A stretch of DNA of 64,000 bases from a virus: positions 1 through 64,000 of IMG/VR virus record IMGVR_UViG_3300030616_000017; one strand, given 5' to 3'. Position 1 is the stretch's first letter; each line of letters opens with the position of its first letter. Under the pieces are notes generated by a model. The model was not told the DNA's origin and did no database searches. It saw only the letters and a program-made list of their open reading frames with translations. This document shows positions 20,871 to 29,916 of this stretch, piece by piece. Both the position numbers and the translations under genes were made by a program.

Positions 20871-22565
20871 TTATTCAACCCCCATTACGAGTGCATCCAT
20901 TATGTTTGCTGGAGTATATTTGCTGGTAAAGTTTTGATTAACAATATTATTCTCCACTCTTCCTTCTCCACTTAATTTCTCTACAGCTTGCTGGAGCAAT
21001 GTTACCATAGTAGCTGTTTTGTCCGCTCTCAATGCATCCTGCTCCGCTCTCTGCATAACCCCATCTACCTCACTATCGTTAATCGCTCTTACTGGAGAGC
21101 GTGTAGCTACAATAGTATCTCCAGGAGCTGTTCTAAACATTTTTCCATTAGGCTGAATAACCATATCGTTGCCCGATGTGTATTCATTCATCCCTGCTAC
21201 GTAAAGTCCCTCAGCTCGAAGAGCCTTAATCTGATCAGCTGGACTCATTCTTGCAAAGTCTCTTCCAAGAGCCTTCACCCCTTCAGCTTGTACGTTCTGT
21301 TCTATTTCAGATTGTCTATAAGCAGCAAGCCCTCCGCCTCCACTTAACGCTAATGTTTTGAAAGCTTCTATAGGATGGTTTTTCCAATCAAGACTTCCTA
21401 AGAATCCAAAAAATGATCCTATGTTAAAAAAGAAATCTTTCATGGGGTTAATCAAGTTACTCTGTAACCATCCCCATACAGCATCTGCTCCTCTCTTAAT
21501 TCCAGAGCCTACATTATCAAAGAAACGAAACACCCCGTTAATAAGGTTTTCTTGTATCCATCCTGTAGCCGCTTCTTTTCTCTCTCCTATAAAAGAACCA
21601 ATAAATCCAAAGAAGTCTCCAATAGCTCCTGTAATGCCTTTCCACTTATCCGCAGCCCATGCTCCAGGATCAGATGAAAAAGAAGTTATTTCTCTATCAA
21701 GAAAACCGAGAACAGATTGTATACCTTTTACTAAGTTAGCGGGAAGATCTTTCATGAAGTTTCTTACTCCTCCCATAAACTCTGATTGCCATATATCTGC
21801 AAACCACTTCCCTAACTTATCAAAAGATTGAGCTATTTTCTTTCCTCCAAATAAACCCAATATACCGCCAAATGCAGCTCCAACCAATCCGCCAGCAATA
21901 GTTCCTATTCCCGGGACAATAGATCCTACTCCCGCTCCTATAAGAGCCCATTTACCCATATTCTTAAAAGCATCTTTGAGACCTCCTTCGCCCGGTCCAG
22001 CAAAGAAACCTCCCAACGCTCCCGCTACCTTGCTTACTCCCCAATTCTCAGCTTCAAAATATCCTTTAATTCCATCTACAGCCCCCCAAACGAGCCCCCC
22101 AGCAATTGCTGCCATAGGCCCTAGTTTTGACATCATACCGCCTATTCCTGCAGTGAGACCTGAGCCAGAGAAGAGCTTAGAGAGGAATCCTTTTTCTTTC
22201 TCCTCTTCCACATCATCTAGCTTGCCCGTTATGGAGTCAGCTATATACACTGACTCTGGGCTGTGATTGAGCATGACATTACGTTTAGGAGATAGCTTTT
22301 GAGGTCTTAGAAAACTAAGCATTTGAGAGAACTTATCATCTAAAGAATACATTCTTCCTACGTCTTCTGCCTGTGCTTTCTTTGCAGCAGGAAGAGCTTT
22401 AGCGGGAGCTGCCTCTTTTTGAAGATCTTTTATCTCTGAGAGCTCTTTGTAGATTTTACTTCCCACATCTTTAAGAAAGTATAGAGGTTTATTGACATCG
22501 GTTAGGAGAGCATTAATCTCATCTACTCTCTCATTAGCTCTCGTTAGAATAGGTATATCTGACAT
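20871..22565 (-). CDS. Tape measure protein
   Basis: 564 aa, Gly/Ala-rich hydrophobic core and F/W-periodic amphipathic repeats; downstream of the chaperone. Confidence 0.7.
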   Translation of the reverse strand: MSDIPILTRANERVDEINALLTDVNKPLYFLKDVGSKIYKELSEIKDLQKEAAPAKALPAAKKAQAEDVGRMYSLDDKFSQMLSFLRPQKLSPKRNVMLNHSPESVYIADSITGKLDDVEEEKEKGFLSKLFSGSGLTAGIGGMMSKLGPMAAIAGGLVWGAVDGIKGYFEAENWGVSKVAGALGGFFAGPGEGGLKDAFKNMGKWALIGAGVGSIVPGIGTIAGGLVGAAFGGILGLFGGKKIAQSFDKLGKWFADIWQSEFMGGVRNFMKDLPANLVKGIQSVLGFLDREITSFSSDPGAWAADKWKGITGAIGDFFGFIGSFIGERKEAATGWIQENLINGVFRFFDNVGSGIKRGADAVWGWLQSNLINPMKDFFFNIGSFFGFLGSLDWKNHPIEAFKTLALSGGGGLAAYRQSEIEQNVQAEGVKALGRDFARMSPADQIKALRAEGLYVAGMNEYTSGNDMVIQPNGKMFRTAPGDTIVATRSPVRAINDSEVDGVMQRAEQDALRADKTATMVTLLQQAVEKLSGEGRVENNIVNQNFTSKYTPANIMDALVMGVE

Positions 22566-22601
22566 AGTATTACTTTTCCATTACCTTTTTTGTTTCTATT
22601 A

Positions 22602-22613
22602 TATTATATTAGT
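22602..22613 (-). promoter_or_regulatory. Late-promoter motif ACTAATATAATA
   Basis: Exact copy upstream of the tape measure gene. Confidence 0.75.
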
Positions 22614-22619
22614 AATTTT

Positions 22620-22829
22620 TTACAGGCCCGGAAAAATCTCATTATTTTTCTTTTTGTAATACTGTTCTAGATATTTCGTTCTGTCGAGTATGAGATGAGC
22701 TGGCATGCGCATGTAGTCTTCATGGGTTTCTGAGAAGTTACTGTTACCCAAAAACAACAGAATATTCTGTAGTATCCTCCTCGTCCACGGCCGGTATAAA
22801 GTCCAAGAGTCGAAATTGGAACCTCCTTG
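22620..22829 (-). CDS. Overlapping +1-frame extension of the tail assembly chaperone (gp51 / G-T-like)
   Basis: Open +1 frame of 69 codons (...LYRPWTRRILQNILLFLGNSNFSETHEDYMRMPAHLILDRTKYLEQYYKKKNNEIFPGL*) filling the gap to the next promoter; candidate shift site TTT CGA at 22815-22810. Confidence 0.55.
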   Translation of the reverse strand, partial: QGGSNFDSWTLYRPWTRRILQNILLFLGNSNFSETHEDYMRMPAHLILDRTKYLEQYYKKKNNEIFPGL

Positions 22830-23733
22830 TTACTTTTTTTCCGGTGAGAGGAGAGGTGACTTCTATATCATTCTCAAGACCAAAAGCTCCATGCTTCTTT
22901 ACTATTTCATTGAAGCGTTTCCAAAAAAGCAGATCTAACGTATCGTATACGTCAAGCTTATCTTGTAAGCTATCTAAAGTTTTTCCATTGTAGCTTATGA
23001 GGGTGCTTGCTTGTCGTCTTCTTTCAAACTGCACACCTCTGTTCTTTAGATAACTAATGTAAGCTTTATAGGTGGAGGGGGTAATTGGTTGTTGTTTATC
23101 TTCTGGGAGAGAAGCGTTTTGTTGAAGAACTTTTTCAAAAGAACTAAATTGCATCGCTTCTGTTTCATACATTTCCGCTACAGCGTTCTTTGCATCCAAC
23201 ACATCTTGTAATCGGGGTAGGCGAAAAGCAACCTTCTCCCCTTTAATTGTTATAGTGATTGGTTCTTTGAACTCTTCTGCTAAATCAACAGTTTGTAAGA
23301 GAGAATGAGGTATGTCGATAGAAGGCCTATATTCGTTTCTCTGTATTCTTTCTTTTTTGTTCTCCTCCACCTCCTCTAACTCTTCTTGTGTGTAAGGGTA
23401 AGGAAAGTCTAAGATAGTTGAGCTCCAGAAGTTGATATAGATATTCATTAAGATTTCTTCTAATTCTTTTTCGTGTAGGTGAGCCACATCTATATCTTCC
23501 CACACCATCCCCCCTAACACTTGAAGAATAGTATCAAGAATATCTTCTTCAGATGCGAGAGCGAGTTGCATAGCATCAGCTCCTGTATAGTTACGCACGT
23601 GAAGTGTGGAAGGGGTATTAAGTTTTCCTTTACTACTAAGTTTGACTTTTAAATAAGAGGCAGGAGCTTTTTTACTCTGTTTCTTTTCTACAACTTCTTC
23701 ATTAGATTCGTCTTCTACAAAAATATCACTCAT
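22744..23733 (-). CDS. Tail assembly chaperone / baseplate hub assembly protein (T4 gp26-like)
   Basis: VKLSSKG..., two-repeat architecture, FRLPRLQD, VTSPLTG..LLDF; immediately upstream of the tape measure. Confidence 0.7.
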   Translation of the reverse strand: MSDIFVEDESNEEVVEKKQSKKAPASYLKVKLSSKGKLNTPSTLHVRNYTGADAMQLALASEEDILDTILQVLGGMVWEDIDVAHLHEKELEEILMNIYINFWSSTILDFPYPYTQEELEEVEENKKERIQRNEYRPSIDIPHSLLQTVDLAEEFKEPITITIKGEKVAFRLPRLQDVLDAKNAVAEMYETEAMQFSSFEKVLQQNASLPEDKQQPITPSTYKAYISYLKNRGVQFERRRQASTLISYNGKTLDSLQDKLDVYDTLDLLFWKRFNEIVKKHGAFGLENDIEVTSPLTGKKVTRRFQFRLLDFIPAVDEEDTTEYSVVFG

Positions 23734-23763
23734 TACATCTCATCCTTTATATTTTTCGTTTCT

Positions 23764-23775
23764 TTATATGTTAGT
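23764..23775 (-). promoter_or_regulatory. Late-promoter motif variant ACTAACATATAA
   Basis: Variant in the intergenic gap upstream of the chaperone. Confidence 0.5.
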
Positions 23776-23783
23776 ATATATTT

Positions 23784-24380
23784 TTATGCAGGTAAAGAGA
23801 ATTTTTCTATTACTTCATCTACAGAAAAATTAGCTGTTATTTGTTTATTGCCTGTTCCTTGGTAGTCCCATGCTAAATCTTCTATACCTAATAATAGTAT
23901 GTTCTTGAATTCAAAAGTCTTTATAGTTCTGTATTTAAGATCGGAAGCAAAAAAGCTGTTCACAGCCCCTGAAGGTAAAGCGCCCGTAGCTCTTAGATCA
24001 GAGAGAAGTGAATATTTCTGAATATTAAAAATAGCGTTCTTTGTGTGCTTTGCCCCATGCTTAAACGTTTTGAACGTTTCATCGTATATAGTGTCTTTCC
24101 ATTGTTTAAGAAAGGTATAAACCTCTAAATCTTCTGTTTCATTAAATGTGATAGAAAACTCATCTACAAACTCTACTGATGTAATATGTTTAGTTCCTGT
24201 TTTACGCATCTCCTTGCCAAACTTCTCAAAAGGAAGAGTGGTGCTGGAAACAAGAAACTTAATAGATAGCTCATTGCTGAGAAGAGGGATGTTCACAGGT
24301 AGTGATACATCTGTAAATATAATTTCCCATAAATTGGGGTTTAGATACTCTCTCTGTGTAGGGTCTAAAGTAATTGACAT
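23784..24380 (-). CDS. Tail tube-like protein (gp19/gp54 family)
   Basis: NPNLWEI.F, STTLP, FSITFNE....VY.F..QW, F.FKN.....I..L.WDY tube-fold motifs. Confidence 0.7.
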   Translation of the reverse strand: MSITLDPTQREYLNPNLWEIIFTDVSLPVNIPLLSNELSIKFLVSSTTLPFEKFGKEMRKTGTKHITSVEFVDEFSITFNETEDLEVYTFLKQWKDTIYDETFKTFKHGAKHTKNAIFNIQKYSLLSDLRATGALPSGAVNSFFASDLKYRTIKTFEFKNILLLGIEDLAWDYQGTGNKQITANFSVDEVIEKFSLPA

Positions 24381-24396
24381 GCTTTTCTTTCCTCTC

Positions 24397-24408
24397 TATT
24401 ATATTAGT
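24397..24408 (-). promoter_or_regulatory. Late-promoter motif ACTAATATAATA
   Basis: Exact copy just downstream of a terminator. Confidence 0.75.
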
Positions 24409-24410
24409 GA

Positions 24411-24438
24411 AAATAAAAAACCCCTCAATAAAGAGGGG
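24411..24438 (-). terminator. Rho-independent terminator after the tail tube gene
   Basis: CCCCTC-TTTATT-GAGGGG followed by TTTTTTATTTT on the minus strand. Confidence 0.8.
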
Positions 24439-24485
24439 TAGAAGGAAAGGAGGGATATATAAAATCAATCACAAGGATTGATCAT

Positions 24486-24574
24486 TTACATTACTAGTTC
24501 AATTCTCTTGCTTCTAGGATATGATCTCCAATTTGTACATCTTCTCGAATCTCAATAATTTCGTCTTGTTTTAT
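24486..24574 (-). pseudogene. Decayed copy of the repeated IIEI.E..RIG..ILE.GD.I module
   Basis: ATA (former ATG?) then KQDEIIEIREDVQIGDHILEA, a frameshift, then RIELVM* in another frame. Confidence 0.7.
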
Positions 24575-24588
24575 TGCTTTCTCTTTTT

Positions 24589-25107
24589 TTATAATCCTGA
24601 ATCATCCAAAGTAAGATAACTCATTGTAATAGTAACCACTATAGGATCGCCACTACTGTAATCAAATCCAATATCGCCTACATTCTGAACAAAACAACCC
24701 TTGAATCTCCAAGCCCCAAAATCGGGGATAGCATCATCATTAGGAGTTACAGCCCACACAGTAATGTTTGCTCTGTTGTTGTTAGCGGGACCATCAGGTC
24801 CAATTACACCGCTTGCAGAATCACCTACGGCATTCTTCCAAGCCACCAACCCTTTATAGATCCACCAGTTTCTATCTACTCTAAGATCAAAACTGAACTC
24901 TTTCGGTACATCGACTTTACCACCCGGCTTAACAATAGACACACCTTTATACGGTACTTCATATGTCTCTACGCCTGTAGCAGGAATAGTAACGCTTTGC
25001 ACTCTCACAAGGGTTGGTTCTATATCGATGTATGGAATAGGGTCGATAGACATGTTAAATAAATTGCTAAGCGCATCGTCGCCTGCATTATAGATTTTAT
25101 CAATCAT
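24589..25107 (-). CDS. Tail tube protein (T4 gp19-like)
   Basis: Follows the sheath; VQSVTIPA...VPYKG...PG, WRFKGCFVQNVGDIGFDY. Confidence 0.85.
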   Translation of the reverse strand: MIDKIYNAGDDALSNLFNMSIDPIPYIDIEPTLVRVQSVTIPATGVETYEVPYKGVSIVKPGGKVDVPKEFSFDLRVDRNWWIYKGLVAWKNAVGDSASGVIGPDGPANNNRANITVWAVTPNDDAIPDFGAWRFKGCFVQNVGDIGFDYSSGDPIVVTITMSYLTLDDSGL

Positions 25108-25123
25108 TGTTCTTTAGTCTCCT

Positions 25124-25135
25124 TATTATATTAGT
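25124..25135 (-). promoter_or_regulatory. Late-promoter motif ACTAATATAATA
   Basis: Exact copy upstream of the tube gene RBS. Confidence 0.75.
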
Positions 25136-25137
25136 AA

Positions 25138-26709
25138 TTAGCCTATTACTTCACTTACCGATACTGTTTGACCCACATTCACAAATTCTAATTGTACTGT
25201 CTCGGAGAAAGGAGTTACCTTAACACCAAGTGTTAGAATGAATTTCCGCTGCGCAAGAGTATTGGCATCGTTGTTGTTCGTGTCGCATTGTGCTATATAT
25301 TCTGCAAGTAAGTTCTCTGCTAAAATCGGGTCCATAATAATAGAAGTTTTAGATACAGCAAGTCTTCTGTGTAACTCATCATTCAGCTTAACAATCTGAT
25401 ACACAAGAACTTGGTTCATAACGTTTGAAATAATATAATCAAATAGTCTTCTATGAGCAATCCAAGAACTATCAGAAAGGTTATTCGGGCTCTGTGCTGT
25501 ACGTTGAGACACTATCATTGTGCCGTAAGATGGGTATTGAACAATAGGGTTAATTCCAGCAGTATCAAGAGCTTCAAGCTCTGTTTCTGTAGGATCATAC
25601 TCCATCTCAATAATTCCTGAACCTAACTGACCACCATGATTGTTTTCATCCTGCCATGCAGGAGCTCCCCCATTGTAAATGTCACTCATCTGAGCAAGCT
25701 TCACACCTACACGACCTATTAAAGAAGTCCAGAAACTTGAATTGTTATATGTATCTCTTACTTTACCCTGATTCCAATAAAAAGCTAATCCAGCATTATT
25801 CACTCCGTAGCCTTCTTTAGTTGCAATTGCTGTAGTAGAATTTTCACCCGATGGCATAGCCATAATATAGAATGAATATTTTTGGTATGAACTTCTAAGA
25901 GAATCAAAGGCTGTCACAACAGAAGGATCAGCGGTTGGATCCATAAAAATGTCTGCTGCATATTTTCTAATTTGTTTGAAATAATCCCAAGAAGCAACAA
26001 GATCACTTGATTCAGGTTCTTCTCTTGCTCCTCCTGCAAAAGCTACATAAGTAGAATCATCAACAAACCCATTACCTATATCGTAAGTAGAGTTTCTTAC
26101 TACTTGTAGGTAATCATTGTCTTCAAAGATTTCTTCGATATAAATGTTCTTACCAAATCCATCCTTTTGGTTCTCTACAAGAGATACTGTATAAGAATCT
26201 ACTAAACTATAAGTAACTCCTGAATCCTCTGTTTTGTAAAGAGCAATAGTGAAGAAGGTGGTGTCTGTATTATACGTAACCTTAACAGCTAAATCATCTG
26301 TATAAGGGCTTTTTGCTAAAAGAGCAAAATATTCATTATCACTATTAAAAGAATAACTTGATACGAGGTCGGGATCAACTCCATCTGCTAAAGCTTCTGT
26401 TCCTGCATCCGTAACAAGAACCCCACCTAATTCTGAACCTGAATTTTCATCATAAGGGGCTGCTATCCAAAGAGCATCTTGTTTACAATATTCAATTGCT
26501 TCCCAGATATCAGGATATGTTGAGCTTGGCTTACCAAAAATATCAGTAATTCTTTTCTCTTCACCTTTATTAATTTTTATAGGAACTTTAGGTCCTTTAG
26601 GAGCTCTAATAACCATTGCTCCAATTGAACCAGCTTCCCCTATAACGGTAGACGATCTATCTATTTCTTTAACAGATAATCTCCATGAATTTGATGCGCT
26701 TGCTGGCAT
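25138..26709 (-). CDS. Contractile tail sheath protein (gp18-like)
   Basis: VKEIDRS, KGP, FGKP, AGINPI...G....QRT, RRLF, QCD.NNN sheath motifs. Confidence 0.92.
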   Translation of the reverse strand: MPASASNSWRLSVKEIDRSSTVIGEAGSIGAMVIRAPKGPKVPIKINKGEEKRITDIFGKPSSTYPDIWEAIEYCKQDALWIAAPYDENSGSELGGVLVTDAGTEALADGVDPDLVSSYSFNSDNEYFALLAKSPYTDDLAVKVTYNTDTTFFTIALYKTEDSGVTYSLVDSYTVSLVENQKDGFGKNIYIEEIFEDNDYLQVVRNSTYDIGNGFVDDSTYVAFAGGAREEPESSDLVASWDYFKQIRKYAADIFMDPTADPSVVTAFDSLRSSYQKYSFYIMAMPSGENSTTAIATKEGYGVNNAGLAFYWNQGKVRDTYNNSSFWTSLIGRVGVKLAQMSDIYNGGAPAWQDENNHGGQLGSGIIEMEYDPTETELEALDTAGINPIVQYPSYGTMIVSQRTAQSPNNLSDSSWIAHRRLFDYIISNVMNQVLVYQIVKLNDELHRRLAVSKTSIIMDPILAENLLAEYIAQCDTNNNDANTLAQRKFILTLGVKVTPFSETVQLEFVNVGQTVSVSEVIG

Positions 26710-26748
26710 TATACTCTCTCCTTTTCTTTCTTTTTAAAACTTTCTATA

Positions 26749-26760
26749 TATTATATTAGT
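26749..26760 (-). promoter_or_regulatory. Late-promoter motif ACTAATATAATA
   Basis: Exact copy upstream of the sheath gene. Confidence 0.75.
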
Positions 26761-26772
26761 ACTGAGTTCTAA

Positions 26773-27459
26773 TTAATTCAACGTTTCTACTAAAACCTCA
26801 TAAATCTCGTCTATATCCTCTGTAGGAAGATTTTGATCAGCTGCGAACTTCAATAAAGCTGTTTCTGTAACCACTACGTTGGAGTTACTTTTGAGTGCAA
26901 GAGTTTCAAAATCAAAATCGATAGAGGCTGAATGAATCTTATTCCTTTCCAACCAATCTTGTTCATTATATGTGGGATTGATATCAAGACCACTATAAGA
27001 AAGGTGGGCTGGAAAAGCTATATCTTCTCCTTTTATACTTACAGAAGGTTTAAGGATAGTTTTATTATCCGTATCCCATACAAACTCACTGAATGCGTAC
27101 TTCACATCATAATCTGTATGACACCAATAGCTTGCTTCATAACTTAGAGTAATAGGCGCGAATTGCACCTTCTCTCCTATTTCATCTATAAACATACCTG
27201 AAGAGTACGCTCCAACATGCCACCTTTCTCTTATTCCAGGATCGTACCCGTTAAGATAAAAGTTAATGAAAGGAAGCTCAAGATTACCCTCATTCTGATC
27301 AGCTCTCTTTCTAAAAGCATAAGCGTTAGAGGCGTAAATAACTCGAGAAGCATCTCCGTTAAAGAACAGTTCTGCAAAGTGATCTATTGCCTGCAAGTCT
27401 ACTGCATAAATGTTATTGAGGAAGTTTACTGATGTATAATACTTACTTGTTACACTCAT
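26773..27459 (-). CDS. Tail terminator / sheath stabiliser (gp15-like)
   Basis: Upstream of the sheath; LPFINF, PITLSYEA.YW pattern. Confidence 0.6.
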   Translation of the reverse strand: MSVTSKYYTSVNFLNNIYAVDLQAIDHFAELFFNGDASRVIYASNAYAFRKRADQNEGNLELPFINFYLNGYDPGIRERWHVGAYSSGMFIDEIGEKVQFAPITLSYEASYWCHTDYDVKYAFSEFVWDTDNKTILKPSVSIKGEDIAFPAHLSYSGLDINPTYNEQDWLERNKIHSASIDFDFETLALKSNSNVVVTETALLKFAADQNLPTEDIDEIYEVLVETLN

Positions 27460-27461
27460 TA

Positions 27462-27473
27462 TATTATATTAGT
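27462..27473 (-). promoter_or_regulatory. Late-promoter motif ACTAATATAATA, 2 nt before the ATG
   Basis: Occupies nearly the whole 14-nt intergenic gap; no SD. Confidence 0.7.
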
Positions 27474-27743
27474 TTACACCCTTGGTTCTTCAAGATCTAA
27501 GGAAGTTCTTACTTGAGATATGTTTCGGGGTTCTCTTCCGTAACGATCTTCATAGCGAGCATAGAGCATAGCGAGATAGGCTTTTCTAAGTTTTCTATCT
27601 CTCAACTCACTCTCATACCCATTGAGCAACTCTGTATTCGATAGCTCTAAAAGATCGTAACCGTATTCATCCCAAATTCTTTCTCCCACTTCTTGAGATC
27701 TTTTGCCGTTAAGTTGTTTTCCAAATTCTTTTAGTTTTATCAT
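27474..27743 (-). CDS. Hypothetical protein, putative capsid-internal (MIKLKE leader)
   Basis: 89 aa ORF with RBS. Confidence 0.6.
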   Translation of the reverse strand: MIKLKEFGKQLNGKRSQEVGERIWDEYGYDLLELSNTELLNGYESELRDRKLRKAYLAMLYARYEDRYGREPRNISQVRTSLDLEEPRV

Positions 27744-27760
27744 CTTTTTCCTCTTTTTTA

Positions 27761-28426
27761 TTAATACCTTTCAATGAAGGTTACTTGAAGTTTCTTTTCA
27801 TTCTTAAAAGCTATTGCAAAAAAGTCCTTTTCTTCATACATAGAAATAATGTCTCTTGTTGGAAGCTGCACATGTGATTTATTGTTACTAAATATGATTT
27901 CACTTCCTGTAATTTCCATTGTTGGTTGTCCCATGGTTATCGTAGGTTTTAGATCTTCCGAAATATATAAAGCAACTACATCAATCTTTTTACGTTCATA
28001 TTTTTTTAATTTTGCTATTTCATCTGATTCTTCTAAATTAGAAAGAACTTCAATCTTGTCACCTTTTTCTAAAACCACATTCCCGATTCTTATTTCTTCT
28101 ATAATTTCAATAACTTCTTTTTCCATTGTTTTCTCCTGAATGTTGTATAATTCTTCTATAATTCTTCTTAAATGTTTTTCGCAAGCGTTTAATATAACAT
28201 CTTTTGGAACTATTTCAACAGCTGTCAGCTCTTTAGCTTCACCATACGAATCAACTCTTTTGTCCTCTGCATAATAAGGTTTATAATTTTCAGGCACAAC
28301 TAAATTATTCCATTTTATAGCTACATCAGATCCCCAATTTCTTCCGTAATCCTCTACCCACCAATCCTTTCCTCTATTGTTGAAAACTTTCTTAGCTTTT
28401 TCATTATACAAACAAACTTTTCCCAT
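27761..28426 (-). CDS. Hypothetical two-part protein carrying the repeated module; internal RBS + ATG at 28126; PH-like C-terminal domain
   Basis: ...AGGAGAAAACA ATG EKEVIEIIEEIRIGNVVLEKGDKIEVL inside the ORF. Confidence 0.65.
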   Translation of the reverse strand: MGKVCLYNEKAKKVFNNRGKDWWVEDYGRNWGSDVAIKWNNLVVPENYKPYYAEDKRVDSYGEAKELTAVEIVPKDVILNACEKHLRRIIEELYNIQEKTMEKEVIEIIEEIRIGNVVLEKGDKIEVLSNLEESDEIAKLKKYERKKIDVVALYISEDLKPTITMGQPTMEITGSEIIFSNNKSHVQLPTRDIISMYEEKDFFAIAFKNEKKLQVTFIERY

Positions 28427-28438
28427 TCCTTTATCCTT

Positions 28439-28975
28439 TTAATACGAAAATAATCTATACCCAACAGATATAGCATATTTATCTATTGGAAGATAATATA
28501 ACGATGTATAAAACCTATTTATAATTTCTACATTAACACCTATACCTATTTGAGGTTCTGTTTGAACTGCGTTATTTACTAAAATAACAGACCCTGCAAT
28601 TGATATATAATGTTTTTTATTCATCCAATATTCTAATTCATTTACTAGTTCACTCATATCGTCTATAAGTAAATCTTGCCCCACCATTAGCTCTTCTGTA
28701 TTCTTAATTGCTTCTTCAGTGTTGGCTTGTGATTTATCAAGAAGAATATTTAGCTGTTTGTTTGCTTCTAATAGTGTATCATTATTTTCAAGAGCTTTAG
28801 TAAGAGCATCATTGGTTTTCAAATACGCTTCAGCCATATCAATGTAGGCTTGTCGCAGCTCGGCATAGCTCGGAGGAATGATTAACATTTCTCCTTGTAT
28901 GTATGTTACGTCTTCTTCAGCAAATATAAGGAAAGGAGTTATTAAAAATAATAGAATTACTAATAGTTTTTTCAT
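28439..28975 (-). CDS. Secreted coiled-coil protein with C-terminal amphipathic beta-strands (outer-membrane / spanin-like candidate)
   Basis: Sec signal peptide MKKLLVILLFLITPFLIFA, heptad coiled coil, four beta-strands ending GYRLFSY. Confidence 0.55.
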   Translation of the reverse strand: MKKLLVILLFLITPFLIFAEEDVTYIQGEMLIIPPSYAELRQAYIDMAEAYLKTNDALTKALENNDTLLEANKQLNILLDKSQANTEEAIKNTEELMVGQDLLIDDMSELVNELEYWMNKKHYISIAGSVILVNNAVQTEPQIGIGVNVEIINRFYTSLYYLPIDKYAISVGYRLFSY

Positions 28976-29028
28976 TATCTATTGTTAATTATATCTTCTA
29001 TTGTATCGGAGGTAAAGTTTGTCTTTCA

Positions 29029-29610
29029 TTATTTTTCAACTCCTTCTAAATAAATATCAATGCCATTAATCTCCGCATTAGGAAATAGAGAAAAAAATCG
29101 ATCTTCTAATTGATCCCAAGCTGATCCCATAGCTACAATTTTAGCCCGAACAGTAACGTCATATTGGGTATGGGATATGTCCTCATAAGGAAAATTAGCA
29201 GTATCTAACACCTTTTTAACTTGATTAGCTACCGAGGCAGATTTCCCCTCTATAATCTTTATTCTATCTCCTTTCTCCAGAATCACATCTCCAATCCGAG
29301 TTTCTTCTTGAATTTCAATTATTTTGTCTTTTTTCATAATATCCCCTTGTATTGATTCCCCCATAGCTAGCAAAACGCGATCAACTTCCCACTCCTTAAA
29401 AGGAACAGTAATAGTTGTAAATCCACTTTTAATAGCCCCTTGTACTGCTTGCATTAAATAGTCGAATTTAACGCGTAGTTTTTTAGCTATATGAGCGACG
29501 TCACCAACACGAAACTGAGAAGATTGAGCACTTAGCGTATTTAAATAAAACTCTCCAGCTACGCCATTCACTCCGACAGCAGTCACCTGTTTTTCTTGGA
29601 TGTGTCTCAT
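29029..29610 (-). CDS. Hypothetical two-part protein carrying the repeated module; internal RBS + ATG at 29337
   Basis: MRHIQE leader; internal AAGGGGATATT ATG KKDKIIEIQEETRIGDVILEKGDRIKII. Confidence 0.65.
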   Translation of the reverse strand: MRHIQEKQVTAVGVNGVAGEFYLNTLSAQSSQFRVGDVAHIAKKLRVKFDYLMQAVQGAIKSGFTTITVPFKEWEVDRVLLAMGESIQGDIMKKDKIIEIQEETRIGDVILEKGDRIKIIEGKSASVANQVKKVLDTANFPYEDISHTQYDVTVRAKIVAMGSAWDQLEDRFFSLFPNAEINGIDIYLEGVEK

Positions 29611-29615
29611 CTTCG

Positions 29616-29912
29616 TTATCTTACTCTTTGTATTTTTCTTTCTAAATCCATTAATCTTTTTGCAAACTTTTTGATGTCATCATCATAAAGAGTGTACTCT
29701 GGCCCCATACCTACTAAAGAATCATCAAACTCATTGAGCCAGTTTTCTCGTATGTCTGTCATCAAATCGTCCAATTTTTCTTCTACAAAAGCTTCAAATT
29801 CGTTTTCGACATCCATCATATCTTCTTGGATAATTTTAATCTTATCTCCTTTTTCAAGGATTACGTTTCCAAGGTTTATTTCTTCAGTAATTTCAATAAT
29901 TTCTTTTTTCAT
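29616..29912 (-). CDS. Module-tagged acidic hypothetical protein
   Basis: N-terminal MKKEIIEITEEINLGNVILEKGDKIKIIQE. Confidence 0.7.
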   Translation of the reverse strand: MKKEIIEITEEINLGNVILEKGDKIKIIQEDMMDVENEFEAFVEEKLDDLMTDIRENWLNEFDDSLVGMGPEYTLYDDDIKKFAKRLMDLERKIQRVR

Positions 29913-29916
29913 TCCT

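Noticed and set aside
24486-24600. Frameshift extension of the tail tube protein into the module remnant
   Set aside because: The remnant frame opens only about three codons before the tube stop, there is no slippery heptamer, and the remnant is itself frameshifted
1776-27459. Extracellular contractile injection system or tailocin
   Set aside because: Portal, protease-scaffold, major capsid and neck genes are present, so this is a complete phage morphogenesis region
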